A DNA stretch of 36,022 bases, from assembly GCA_041748815.1 (NCBI GenBank), contig JBGTCP010000014.1, positions 1 through 36,022 on the forward strand, given 5' to 3'. This DNA comes from Chthoniobacterales bacterium (GTDB taxonomy: Bacteria > Verrucomicrobiota > Verrucomicrobiia > Chthoniobacterales > CAKUMP01). The first letter of the stretch is position 1, and each line of letters starts with the position of its first letter. Made by a program: the position numbers and the translations under genes. A model generated the notes under the pieces. The model did not search any database, was not told the origin of the DNA, and saw only the letters and a list, made by a program, of their open reading frames with translations. Below are positions 9,838 to 17,907 of this stretch, piece by piece.

Positions 9838-12146
9838 TGGATACAATCACGCAACAGGAATGGGCATTTGGCGGATTCCTCGAGGGTTCCTCTCCAATGA
9901 CCGGCTTCATATTCATCGCGGCCTTGCTCCTTGGTGCGGCGGGCATTGCGTGGATGAGCTACCGGCACACGCTGCACGCACTTCCCGCGCTACAGCGCCA
10001 TTCACTCTTTGTGCTCCGCACTATTTTCTGCCTCCTGCTTCTACTCTGCCTCGCAAATCCAATACGCACAGAGCGCAAACTCACCGAGCCTTCGGGCCCC
10101 GGACCATTGGCAGTGCTCGTCGACCATTCACACAGCATGACCCGCACAGACAATCGCGGACGCAGCAGGATGGACGAGGCAAAGCGCACATGGCACACAA
10201 TCCGGCAGGATGCGGAGGCCGCATTCAGTAAACTCCATTTCCACGGCTTCGCAGAGAAAATCAGTCCGATGAAGGATTGGGAATCCGCGACAAGCGCGGG
10301 GAGCGGTGACGATAAAACGCATTTATTCAATGCTCTCGACGAAATCCTCAACTCCGCACCCGCAGGCGGATACGGAGCGATTCTCTGCATCACTGACGGA
10401 ATCGATACATCACAAATCTCCGCGAATCAGTCGATCCCCCGCTTCGGAGAGTCCCGCACACCGCTGTATTTTATTTCCGGCAACAACCGCAGCCGACCTG
10501 AAAATTTTCTCACCATTCGTGAATCCAGAGCTCCCGATCAGATTCGCAAAAATAGTGATTTCAATCATCACGCAGTCATCGAAGCCTTTAGCACACAAGC
10601 GCAAGAAGTCCCCATGGAACTTTGGCAAGGTGACAAGCTACTCGCGCGTGAAACGTTGAATCTCCAACAAGGGCATAATGTCGTTCCATGGTCCACGCGC
10701 GTCACCGCACACACACCCGGTGACATGATGTTGGAACTGCGGCTGGCGTGGAATAAGGAAACCCCACGCATCGCCCGCCATCATGTAAAGGTCGTCGAAG
10801 AAACCGAATTCAATATTCTCTACTATCAAGGCGCATTGAATTGGGGATTCCGCTACGTGAGCAACGTGGTCAAACGCGACCCAGGCTTCCGCCTCACGGC
10901 TGTTTTCAATCCCGCCGCAGGTGTCAAGATCAGCTCGGGTGCAGAATCCAACAGTATGGACGACCTGCCGGCCACCGCCTCCGCGCTTGCCCCGTTCAAT
11001 CTGGTAATCCTGGAAAATGTCTTTGCCAATCAGCTCTCCAAAGCGCAGCAGCAGGCGCTTTCCGACTATGTGAAATCCGGCGGAGGTGTGCTTTTTCTGC
11101 TGCCGGAAAACGAAGCGGCTCAAGCTTTCTCCGGCCAAGCCATTGAAGAAATGCTACCAGTCGTTTTTGCCCCTCCACAGTCCCGCCAATACCGGGACAT
11201 GCAGGCTGAGCGGTTCCAGCACATGATGATGCAAGAGGGAGGCTCCAGCAGCCACGCGGAACAGCTCTTTGCACTCGGCGATGAAAATACCCCCCGCTTG
11301 GAAAGCCTCGTCGAGTTTGCGTTTCCTGATGAAAAGCCGCGCCTGAATCTTTTCACCGTTACGGATGCTCCCGACAAGATCATCACGCCCGCATTTTCCA
11401 GCTACGCATTGGTCAAATCGGTGAAACCTGCGGCTGATGTTCTCGCGATTCACCCAACCGCACGCGACGAGTCCACTGGCCAACCGCACGTCCTGCTAGC
11501 GGTCCAACCCTACGGAGATGGGCGCAGCGGAGTGCTCACCACCGACCCATTATGGCGCTGGAGAATGTCGCTGCCCAGTGATTCGCGCGACGCCGAGATC
11601 TTCTGGCAACAACTCTTCCATTGGCTGGGCAAATCCACGGAGTCGACGCTGCGCTTCACACGCTCACCAGTCGAAGCCACAAAGTCCCAGTCCGTGAGCC
11701 TGCAAATAGCCGCCCCCGAAAATGCATCCCCGCGCCTCACGGCAAAATCCGCCGCAGGCGAAACCGAGGTGGCACTTACCCCTGCCGGCGAGCCGAACCG
11801 CTGGACAGCTGATTGGAAAGCTGCCCACACGGGTCTTTGGGAATTGCAGCTTACTGCGGAAGGGCATGCCCCGGCCACCGCGTTTATCTCCATCCTCGAG
11901 GAACAAACATCGCCCGACCTCGCCGACCTGCCCACCGCCACGGACCTGCTCAAAACCCTCGCTTCCTCCACGGGTGGCGAACTCATCGGCACTGCCCCAC
12001 CCCGTTCATGGCGGGAGGAAACCCGCGAGCCGGAGGTCATCTCGGAAACCCGCACCCTGCTCTGGAATTCGTGGCCATGGCTTATGGCCATCCTTGGCAC
12101 CTTCTCCGCTGAACTTTTGCTTCGCAGAAAATGGAAACTCCTATAA
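9837..12146 (+). CDS. Membrane protein with VWA, Ig-like and class I glutamine amidotransferase-like domains
   Basis: N-terminal TM pair ending LANP, MIDAS DHSHSM and ITDG, LSDYVKSGGGVL, YGDGRS..WRWR, FWQQL, C-terminal ELLLRRKW; TGATG overlap. Confidence 0.85.
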   Translation: MDTITQQEWAFGGFLEGSSPMTGFIFIAALLLGAAGIAWMSYRHTLHALPALQRHSLFVLRTIFCLLLLLCLANPIRTERKLTEPSGPGPLAVLVDHSHSMTRTDNRGRSRMDEAKRTWHTIRQDAEAAFSKLHFHGFAEKISPMKDWESATSAGSGDDKTHLFNALDEILNSAPAGGYGAILCITDGIDTSQISANQSIPRFGESRTPLYFISGNNRSRPENFLTIRESRAPDQIRKNSDFNHHAVIEAFSTQAQEVPMELWQGDKLLARETLNLQQGHNVVPWSTRVTAHTPGDMMLELRLAWNKETPRIARHHVKVVEETEFNILYYQGALNWGFRYVSNVVKRDPGFRLTAVFNPAAGVKISSGAESNSMDDLPATASALAPFNLVILENVFANQLSKAQQQALSDYVKSGGGVLFLLPENEAAQAFSGQAIEEMLPVVFAPPQSRQYRDMQAERFQHMMMQEGGSSSHAEQLFALGDENTPRLESLVEFAFPDEKPRLNLFTVTDAPDKIITPAFSSYALVKSVKPAADVLAIHPTARDESTGQPHVLLAVQPYGDGRSGVLTTDPLWRWRMSLPSDSRDAEIFWQQLFHWLGKSTESTLRFTRSPVEATKSQSVSLQIAAPENASPRLTAKSAAGETEVALTPAGEPNRWTADWKAAHTGLWELQLTAEGHAPATAFISILEEQTSPDLADLPTATDLLKTLASSTGGELIGTAPPRSWREETREPEVISETRTLLWNSWPWLMAILGTFSAELLLRRKWKLL

Positions 12147-12865
12147 CCAGAAAAAAATTCATCCAGCTCATGGCTCTCACCGGTGCATCAGCGCTGGCTC
12201 CATCAGCGCTGGCAGCCACTGCAGTCACGCCCGGGCTTCAATGGGCACGACTGCGTTTTCTCAGCGAAGGAGCGGACGACCGCAATTGGACAGTGCATCC
12301 TCACGGCGACCTCAACCTCATCGACCACATCAACCTCCACTCGAATCTCAAAATACTCAAAAAATTCAACGCTCCAAAAATACAAAATCTCGAGCAGATG
12401 ACCCAATACCCTTTCCTCTTCATGCACTCGGAATCCGCGCCCGAACTGGACGATACAGCGAGAGCCAACCTTCGCGAATACATGCTTCGTGGTGGATTCC
12501 TCTTCGCCGAGGATTGCGTGATCGGGTATGGCACCAAAGGTCACAACAAGCTTAACGATCACTTTTTTACGACTATGTTCGATGAGCTGCGACGCGTTTT
12601 ACCAGAAGCGAAACTCGAGACCGTGCCGCTGGACCATCCGTTATTTCATGCGTTTCACCGCCTAAACGATTGGCCACACATGCAGGGTGCGCCGCACGGA
12701 CCCTGGTCACTGACTCTTCGCGGCCGCATGCTGGCACTCCTGAGTCCATCCGACTTACATTGCGGATGGGCCAACGGGGTCAAGTGGTTCGGCGCCGAAA
12801 AAGCCGATGCAGCTTTCAAAATGGCAACCAATATTTACATCCACGCAATGACACAAAATGCCTAG
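12131..12865 (+). CDS. DUF4159 domain protein with Tat-like signal peptide
   Basis: ITRKKFIQL plus hydrophobic stretch and ALA; YPFLFM, NLREYMLRGGFLFAEDC, HPLF, DLHCGW, NIYIHAMT. Confidence 0.88.
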   Translation: METPITRKKFIQLMALTGASALAPSALAATAVTPGLQWARLRFLSEGADDRNWTVHPHGDLNLIDHINLHSNLKILKKFNAPKIQNLEQMTQYPFLFMHSESAPELDDTARANLREYMLRGGFLFAEDCVIGYGTKGHNKLNDHFFTTMFDELRRVLPEAKLETVPLDHPLFHAFHRLNDWPHMQGAPHGPWSLTLRGRMLALLSPSDLHCGWANGVKWFGAEKADAAFKMATNIYIHAMTQNA

Positions 12866-12877
12866 GCACCCTGGTTC

Positions 12878-14800
12878 TCAATACTCCGCTTTGCGTCGGG
12901 TCCAACTGCCGTGGATGTAACGCGCAACCATGCGATCCAGCGACGGATCCAATCCATAAAACGTCTCAGCCTCTTCAAACAGATCCGGATCGATCATGAG
13001 ATCCCACATCGGTTTGTTCTTACCAAGGGCCGTGGCAGGATGGCCTATATTCACAAAGAGCGGTAGCCCGGTGACATCGGCCCGCTCAAGATAGCCAGTG
13101 AAATCCTCCAACTCCCGCGCACGCATCATGTGAGCATCATACACGTAAGGTGGCACGTTGAAGCTGACGGTCAGTATGCCAGCTTGAGCCGGATCATTTG
13201 GCCTAAGAGTCGGGCGCACCGAAGCAACACTTCCACGGATTTGCTGAAGCGGATTTTCCACGAGCCACGTGCGAGGCATCTGAGTAAATGCTGCATAAGC
13301 AGCAAATAAAATCGCTACAGGCTTCATCCAGAATTTCCGCATCGGACCAGCAGAGCAGATCCATGCGGCACCCACTGCGACCAATGCAACCCATCCAGGC
13401 AGAGCGAAGACCAGATACCATTCATAAAGACCAGTGCCTTGCAGTTTTGCCTGCAACAGCAAAGCAAGCGGCGACGCAAGCAACAAGACTGCGATCCCGC
13501 CACGAATGCGGTTACCCCATCCGAAACGAACAGCACCAAGAATAAGAAAAGCCGCCAGGACGACTGCCACGATGGAGTAAAAAACCGGATGCTCCGTTTG
13601 ATAAAGCGACATCATGGGATAGTGATCGTCGCCGGATTTCCGCCAACCGATTCCAGCTATGAAAAAGTTTGCGGTATTCTGAAGCCACAGCTGCGAGATC
13701 GGCACTCCCCGCGCTTCGTTTGTGCCCAAATACTCAATAAACTGAGGCATCAGCGGCAACATCTGCCGCAGCGCAAGCATGCCCGCCGTTGCAGAACAGA
13801 GAAACCACCTTCCAGCTTGCGTCCAAGCCGGGCCGACGGTCTCTTTCGACATCCACAAGAGCATGAGCACAATGATGTTCAGTAAAAACACGATCGGCAG
13901 CATTGCCGGATATGTATAAAGCATCGCAAACTCAGTCGCGGCAAAGGCAGCCCACCACTTCCATGCCCCCACGAGGATCGCGCGCCTTCCGAAGATCACC
14001 AGAAGCAGCATCGTAAGCATAATGAGGCTGTAACCACGCGCCTCAGATGCATAACGGAGGAACCAGGGATGTATCGCCAACAGGAATGCCGCCACCACTC
14101 CCGCCCGGGCAAATCCAAACTCGAACAGCATCCAAGCGACAGCTCCCACACACGACAGACCCAGCAAAAATGCCGGCATGCGCAGGGCTGTTTCGGAGAA
14201 AGGCAGCTCCGCATCCGCATTGAACCAGCTCCATACAGTAAGGCTGGCCCGCGCAAGGACGCTGTGAAGCACATGATTATTCGGCTTCCGATATTCAAAA
14301 AAAGTTGCCTCCCATGAGAGACGTTTTAATTCCACCACGCCGGTTTCCTCATCCAGATCAAAGGAGCAAAGAATCGCGCGGCGCATATTATATTCCTCAT
14401 CATCCCAGAGGCTATGATCCAGACGCTGCGACGCAAAAAATCCCGCGACCACCACTGCCAACAAAACGAGGGGCAAAAAATATCGCGGAGCCGGTGGTCC
14501 AGCGGGACGATCATTCGGCTGAATCCGTTTGCCCGCCCACCACGGACAAATCCATGCAAGAACGCCCAGAATTCCGATATTCGCAAGGGTCGCCCACCAC
14601 GTATAAAATGCAGCATAGTGCTCGATCCGCCAGTTGTTCTGAATGCGCCCGAGTGTCCGCCACGGGCTGTCCGCCGCGATGAGCACGATCAATAAAACCA
14701 ATGCAAGCGTTCCCAAAACAATTCTCCAGCGCTGAACTGGCGTCGCACGCTGCCAAATGATTCCGGCACGGGATGGGATGGAGGAAAATGAAATTGCCAT
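12878..14800 (-). CDS. GT-C fold (PMT/ArnT-like) polytopic membrane glycosyltransferase
   Basis: SLWDDEEY acidic loop after the first TMs, NNHVLHS, ALRMPA, YASEARGYSL; many TM helices. Confidence 0.8.
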   Translation of the reverse strand: MAISFSSIPSRAGIIWQRATPVQRWRIVLGTLALVLLIVLIAADSPWRTLGRIQNNWRIEHYAAFYTWWATLANIGILGVLAWICPWWAGKRIQPNDRPAGPPAPRYFLPLVLLAVVVAGFFASQRLDHSLWDDEEYNMRRAILCSFDLDEETGVVELKRLSWEATFFEYRKPNNHVLHSVLARASLTVWSWFNADAELPFSETALRMPAFLLGLSCVGAVAWMLFEFGFARAGVVAAFLLAIHPWFLRYASEARGYSLIMLTMLLLVIFGRRAILVGAWKWWAAFAATEFAMLYTYPAMLPIVFLLNIIVLMLLWMSKETVGPAWTQAGRWFLCSATAGMLALRQMLPLMPQFIEYLGTNEARGVPISQLWLQNTANFFIAGIGWRKSGDDHYPMMSLYQTEHPVFYSIVAVVLAAFLILGAVRFGWGNRIRGGIAVLLLASPLALLLQAKLQGTGLYEWYLVFALPGWVALVAVGAAWICSAGPMRKFWMKPVAILFAAYAAFTQMPRTWLVENPLQQIRGSVASVRPTLRPNDPAQAGILTVSFNVPPYVYDAHMMRARELEDFTGYLERADVTGLPLFVNIGHPATALGKNKPMWDLMIDPDLFEEAETFYGLDPSLDRMVARYIHGSWTRRKAEY

Positions 14801-14865
14801 TACTCGTCAGCACATTGCGAAAAAGTTCCCACCCGTCCAAGTCCAAAAGCTTGATGCCGTGACAC

Positions 14866-15531
14866 TCATGTTTCCACGGCCGCCAACTCCGTCCCATGGA
14901 CCTGTGAATACACGGATCCCCCGGCTGCTACACGGCTCTCCATCAACCACACTCTTTCAACCCTCCATGATATAGATTGGCCGATCGGGAAATCATGTTT
15001 AAGCAGATCCGATAAACTGAAATTATCTTCCCTGTCAGCTGCCCGGTTTTGCACACGCGCGAGCGTCAAGTGCGGGAAAAATGAGCCCTCTTTTTCCTGC
15101 GGCAATTTTTCACGAATCCGGTCCACCAGTGCTTTCTGCAGCTCCTGCAAACCCGCATCCGGGGCAATCCCCAGCCAGATCACACGCGGATTCCGAAATA
15201 CCGGAAAGCATCCGAACCCCGCTGTTCGCAGCTGGAAAGAGCACCTCTGCGCAGACAAATCATACAGGTTCTCCACAAGCCACGGCAAAAGGAATTCAGG
15301 CACATCGCCAAGAAAACTCAGCGTCAAATGAAACTGCGTGGGCTTCACCCATGCCGGATGCAATTGCTCCAGACCCCGGAGCTTCAAAAAACCACGCAGC
15401 CTCGACTGCAAATGCGTAAGCTCCTGCACAACCGGCAGCGGCGGATTCAGTGAAATAAAAAGCCGGAGTTTTTTGGTTCCTCCCACTGAAGTCGTTGCCA
15501 TGTGGTGCGCTGGGAGTGCTGGCTCGGTCAA
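14866..15531 (-). CDS. thpR: RNA 2',3'-cyclic phosphodiesterase (2H phosphoesterase)
   Basis: RLFISL, two HxT motifs (FHLTLSFLG, PHLTLAR), PRVIWLG, LMES..GSVY. Start uncertain (TTG 15531 or ATG 15501). Confidence 0.9.
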   Translation of the reverse strand: MTEPALPAHHMATTSVGGTKKLRLFISLNPPLPVVQELTHLQSRLRGFLKLRGLEQLHPAWVKPTQFHLTLSFLGDVPEFLLPWLVENLYDLSAQRCSFQLRTAGFGCFPVFRNPRVIWLGIAPDAGLQELQKALVDRIREKLPQEKEGSFFPHLTLARVQNRAADREDNFSLSDLLKHDFPIGQSISWRVERVWLMESRVAAGGSVYSQVHGTELAAVET

Positions 15532-15532
15532 A

Positions 15533-15847
15533 CTACCATTTATCGATGAAGAGCCTTAACTCACCGACGGCAAGATCAATCTTTTTCAAATCCTTCCTCC
15601 GCCCCTTCTCCGGTTTCACAATCATCCCTCGAATCATCGTAAGCATGTCGCGAAAATCCCGGATGCGCTCCGAGGAAATCTTCTTCTGCGAAGCCGCCTG
15701 AAGCACGGCTTCCTGGATCTCCGCAATCTCGCCTTCGATGCGCTCGCTATATCGTGCAGCAGTTTCGTTGAACGTGGTGCGAAGAAACTCCAGCTCATCG
15801 ACAAGCGACTTACCGGGCGAAATCTCCAGTTTGTTTTTAGAAGCCAT
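15533..15847 (-). CDS. Hypothetical helical protein, 104 aa
   Basis: Fills the gap between the kinase gene and thpR (15-nt and 1-nt gaps); charged amphipathic helices. Confidence 0.75.
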   Translation of the reverse strand: MASKNKLEISPGKSLVDELEFLRTTFNETAARYSERIEGEIAEIQEAVLQAASQKKISSERIRDFRDMLTMIRGMIVKPEKGRRKDLKKIDLAVGELRLFIDKW

Positions 15848-15862
15848 CTGAGTTGTGGTGGG

Positions 15863-16555
15863 TTAGTGATTCAACAGTTCGTCGATCGCCTTGCGAAGAT
15901 CCATTTGGATAGCCTCCACTTGGCGGTTGGCATTAACAATTTGGAATTTATATTGGTCGCTCATTTGTGTAAACTCGCTTTGCAACATGCGTTGATACTT
16001 GATGAAGCTATCAAACATATCGCGGGACAATGCAAGATCCATCCCGGATTCCCAGTAGTCCAGGCACCCGTTTTTCTCGAAATTGCGCTCGACCAGTTTG
16101 CGCCCGCTGATCCGGAAATAAAATACGGCGTCCGGCACCAGCGCGGGGCTGTACATATTGCGCACCCACTGCGGGTCCCCCCCGCGCACCAGATCCCTTG
16201 CCATCAAAGTATAAATGTATCGATCAGCGATGACAGTGAACCCGGCTCTTAAGGCAGGTACAATCTCATTGATGAGCTGGTCAAAAAAGTCAGTCGCGTA
16301 AAACAGACTCAGTGTCGTGCGGGTAAGAATATTGCCCTGCTTTGCCCGGTCCAACTCCGAGCTGGCAAGGTTTGACCGTTTGATACCCATTGTCTTAACA
16401 GCAAACCCTCTTGCTTCCAGCCACGACTGAAGCAGCTGGATCTGTGTCGAGCGTCCCGAACCGTCAGGCCCCTCCAATACAAAAAGCTTGCCGTTGAAAT
16501 CACGCTCCTTGATTTCAGGCAGTTCCACTCCGCCGAAAAACCGTGCATTTCTCAT
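15863..16555 (-). CDS. Thymidylate kinase-like protein, copy 2 (P-loop Lys replaced by Arg)
   Basis: LEGPDGSGRSTQ, ADRY, PDAVFYF, NANR. Confidence 0.88.
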   Translation of the reverse strand: MRNARFFGGVELPEIKERDFNGKLFVLEGPDGSGRSTQIQLLQSWLEARGFAVKTMGIKRSNLASSELDRAKQGNILTRTTLSLFYATDFFDQLINEIVPALRAGFTVIADRYIYTLMARDLVRGGDPQWVRNMYSPALVPDAVFYFRISGRKLVERNFEKNGCLDYWESGMDLALSRDMFDSFIKYQRMLQSEFTQMSDQYKFQIVNANRQVEAIQMDLRKAIDELLNH

Positions 16556-17238
16556 GGGGACCTCCTGGCATTGCGAAACTTTGCGAGATCCAACTGCGAA
16601 GAAATAGTCTCACGCACAGTTTGCTGCTGCGCATGAATCCCCTGCGTGGCATCGACCTCGATGAAACCATACTCGCTCTTCATTTTTTCATACTCATTGC
16701 GAATCTTCCCCTGAAAAATACGAAAGCTCTCATACGGATCTGACGACCACCCCATATCGAGTCCCGCCTCATGATACTTGAGCTCCGGGCGGCCATCCAG
16801 AATACGACCCAGCGAGACCTCCAGAGGGGCACTGAAGTAAAACAACAAATCCGGTTTGCTGGCAAACTCATAGAGTCGCTTGACCCAGGAGGCATCCACC
16901 CCCCGCACGGAATCCCTTGCCAGCGCGGTGAACACGTACCGGTCTGCCAGCACGATAAATCCAGCACGCAACAACGGCAGAATCTGCCGCTCATACCGGT
17001 CGGCAAAGTCAGTTGCATGGATGAGGCTGAATGTGGTGGGTGTGAGCAAATGCCGTTTTTTCCCCTTGCTGGTTGCTTTTTTTACCAGCACCGAGGAATT
17101 CCATTCGGTGAAATACACCCGTGCGTTCTGGGATTCCAACCACCGTTTCACGAGATAAATCTGGGTCGATTTCCCTGAGCCATCCAAACCTTCCACGGCG
17201 ATCAGTTTCCCGCTGTATTCGGGAACTGTTGTAAACAT
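16552..17238 (-). CDS. Thymidylate kinase-like protein, copy 1
   Basis: VEGLDGSGKSTQ, ADRY, KPDLLFYF; ATGA overlap with copy 2. Confidence 0.9.
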   Translation of the reverse strand: MFTTVPEYSGKLIAVEGLDGSGKSTQIYLVKRWLESQNARVYFTEWNSSVLVKKATSKGKKRHLLTPTTFSLIHATDFADRYERQILPLLRAGFIVLADRYVFTALARDSVRGVDASWVKRLYEFASKPDLLFYFSAPLEVSLGRILDGRPELKYHEAGLDMGWSSDPYESFRIFQGKIRNEYEKMKSEYGFIEVDATQGIHAQQQTVRETISSQLDLAKFRNARRSP

Positions 17239-17246
17239 GTGAGAGG

Positions 17247-17275
17247 ACTATCGCGAAAATCCCCCCGCCTATCAA
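17247..17275 (-). promoter_or_regulatory. Putative sigma70 promoter of the kinase operon
   Basis: TTGATA-N17-GATAGT-N8-ATG on the minus strand. Confidence 0.45.
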
Positions 17276-17283
17276 GCCGGATG

Positions 17284-17811
17284 TTACGGCTTCGTCCCTG
17301 GCCCTTGCACTTTCTTGAGTTTTGGCGCAATCACCATCTGACAGTACATCGCAGTGGGGTTATTCCCATAGTAACTCTGGTGGTATTCTTCAGCAGGATA
17401 AAATGTTTCCACTGGCGACAACTCCGTCACGATGGGCGCGGAAAATTTACCCTGCAGTCCCGCGATCACTGCTTCTGCGATGCTCTTCTGCTGCGCAGCA
17501 TCATAAAATATCACAGATCGATACTGGGTCCCCGTATCTCCACCCTGCCGGTTCAGCGTCGTGGGGTCGTGCGTCGCAAAAAACCACTCCAGAATCGATT
17601 CGAGTGAGACCACATCGCGGTCAAAAGTCACCTTCACCACCTCAGCATGTCCCGTGAGCCCTGTGCACACTGCCTCGTAGCCTGGATCGGGCATCGCACC
17701 GCCCATGTAGCCCGAAATGGCCTCTTTCACCCCCTCGATGCGCTCAAATACTGCCTCCACGCACCAAAAACATCCTCCGCCAATGACCACACTTTCCATA
17801 TTTTCACTCAT
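17284..17811 (-). CDS. msrA: Peptide methionine sulfoxide reductase A
   Basis: GGGCFWCVE, GHAEVV, HDPTTLNRQGGDTGTQYRS, AEEYHQSY, YC; start reset to ATG 17811. Confidence 0.96.
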   Translation of the reverse strand: MSENMESVVIGGGCFWCVEAVFERIEGVKEAISGYMGGAMPDPGYEAVCTGLTGHAEVVKVTFDRDVVSLESILEWFFATHDPTTLNRQGGDTGTQYRSVIFYDAAQQKSIAEAVIAGLQGKFSAPIVTELSPVETFYPAEEYHQSYYGNNPTAMYCQMVIAPKLKKVQGPGTKP

Positions 17812-17907
17812 GCATGGAGGATAGCACATGGTGCGACGGAAACCAGCACCGCAAAAGAAAATCCTATTCACAGCAACCAAAGCTGCGCACTGTTCGCAGT
17901 ATTGATC

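Noticed and set aside
3913-9846. Long antisense ORFs (3913-4752, 5829-6713, 9133-9846 and others)
   Set aside because: They shadow well-supported genes, carry no recognisable motifs, and are expected from codon bias in GC-rich DNA.
12186-12213. CATCAGCGCTGGC duplicated
   Set aside because: Small in-frame duplication within a signal peptide (SALAP SALAA); no sign of function.
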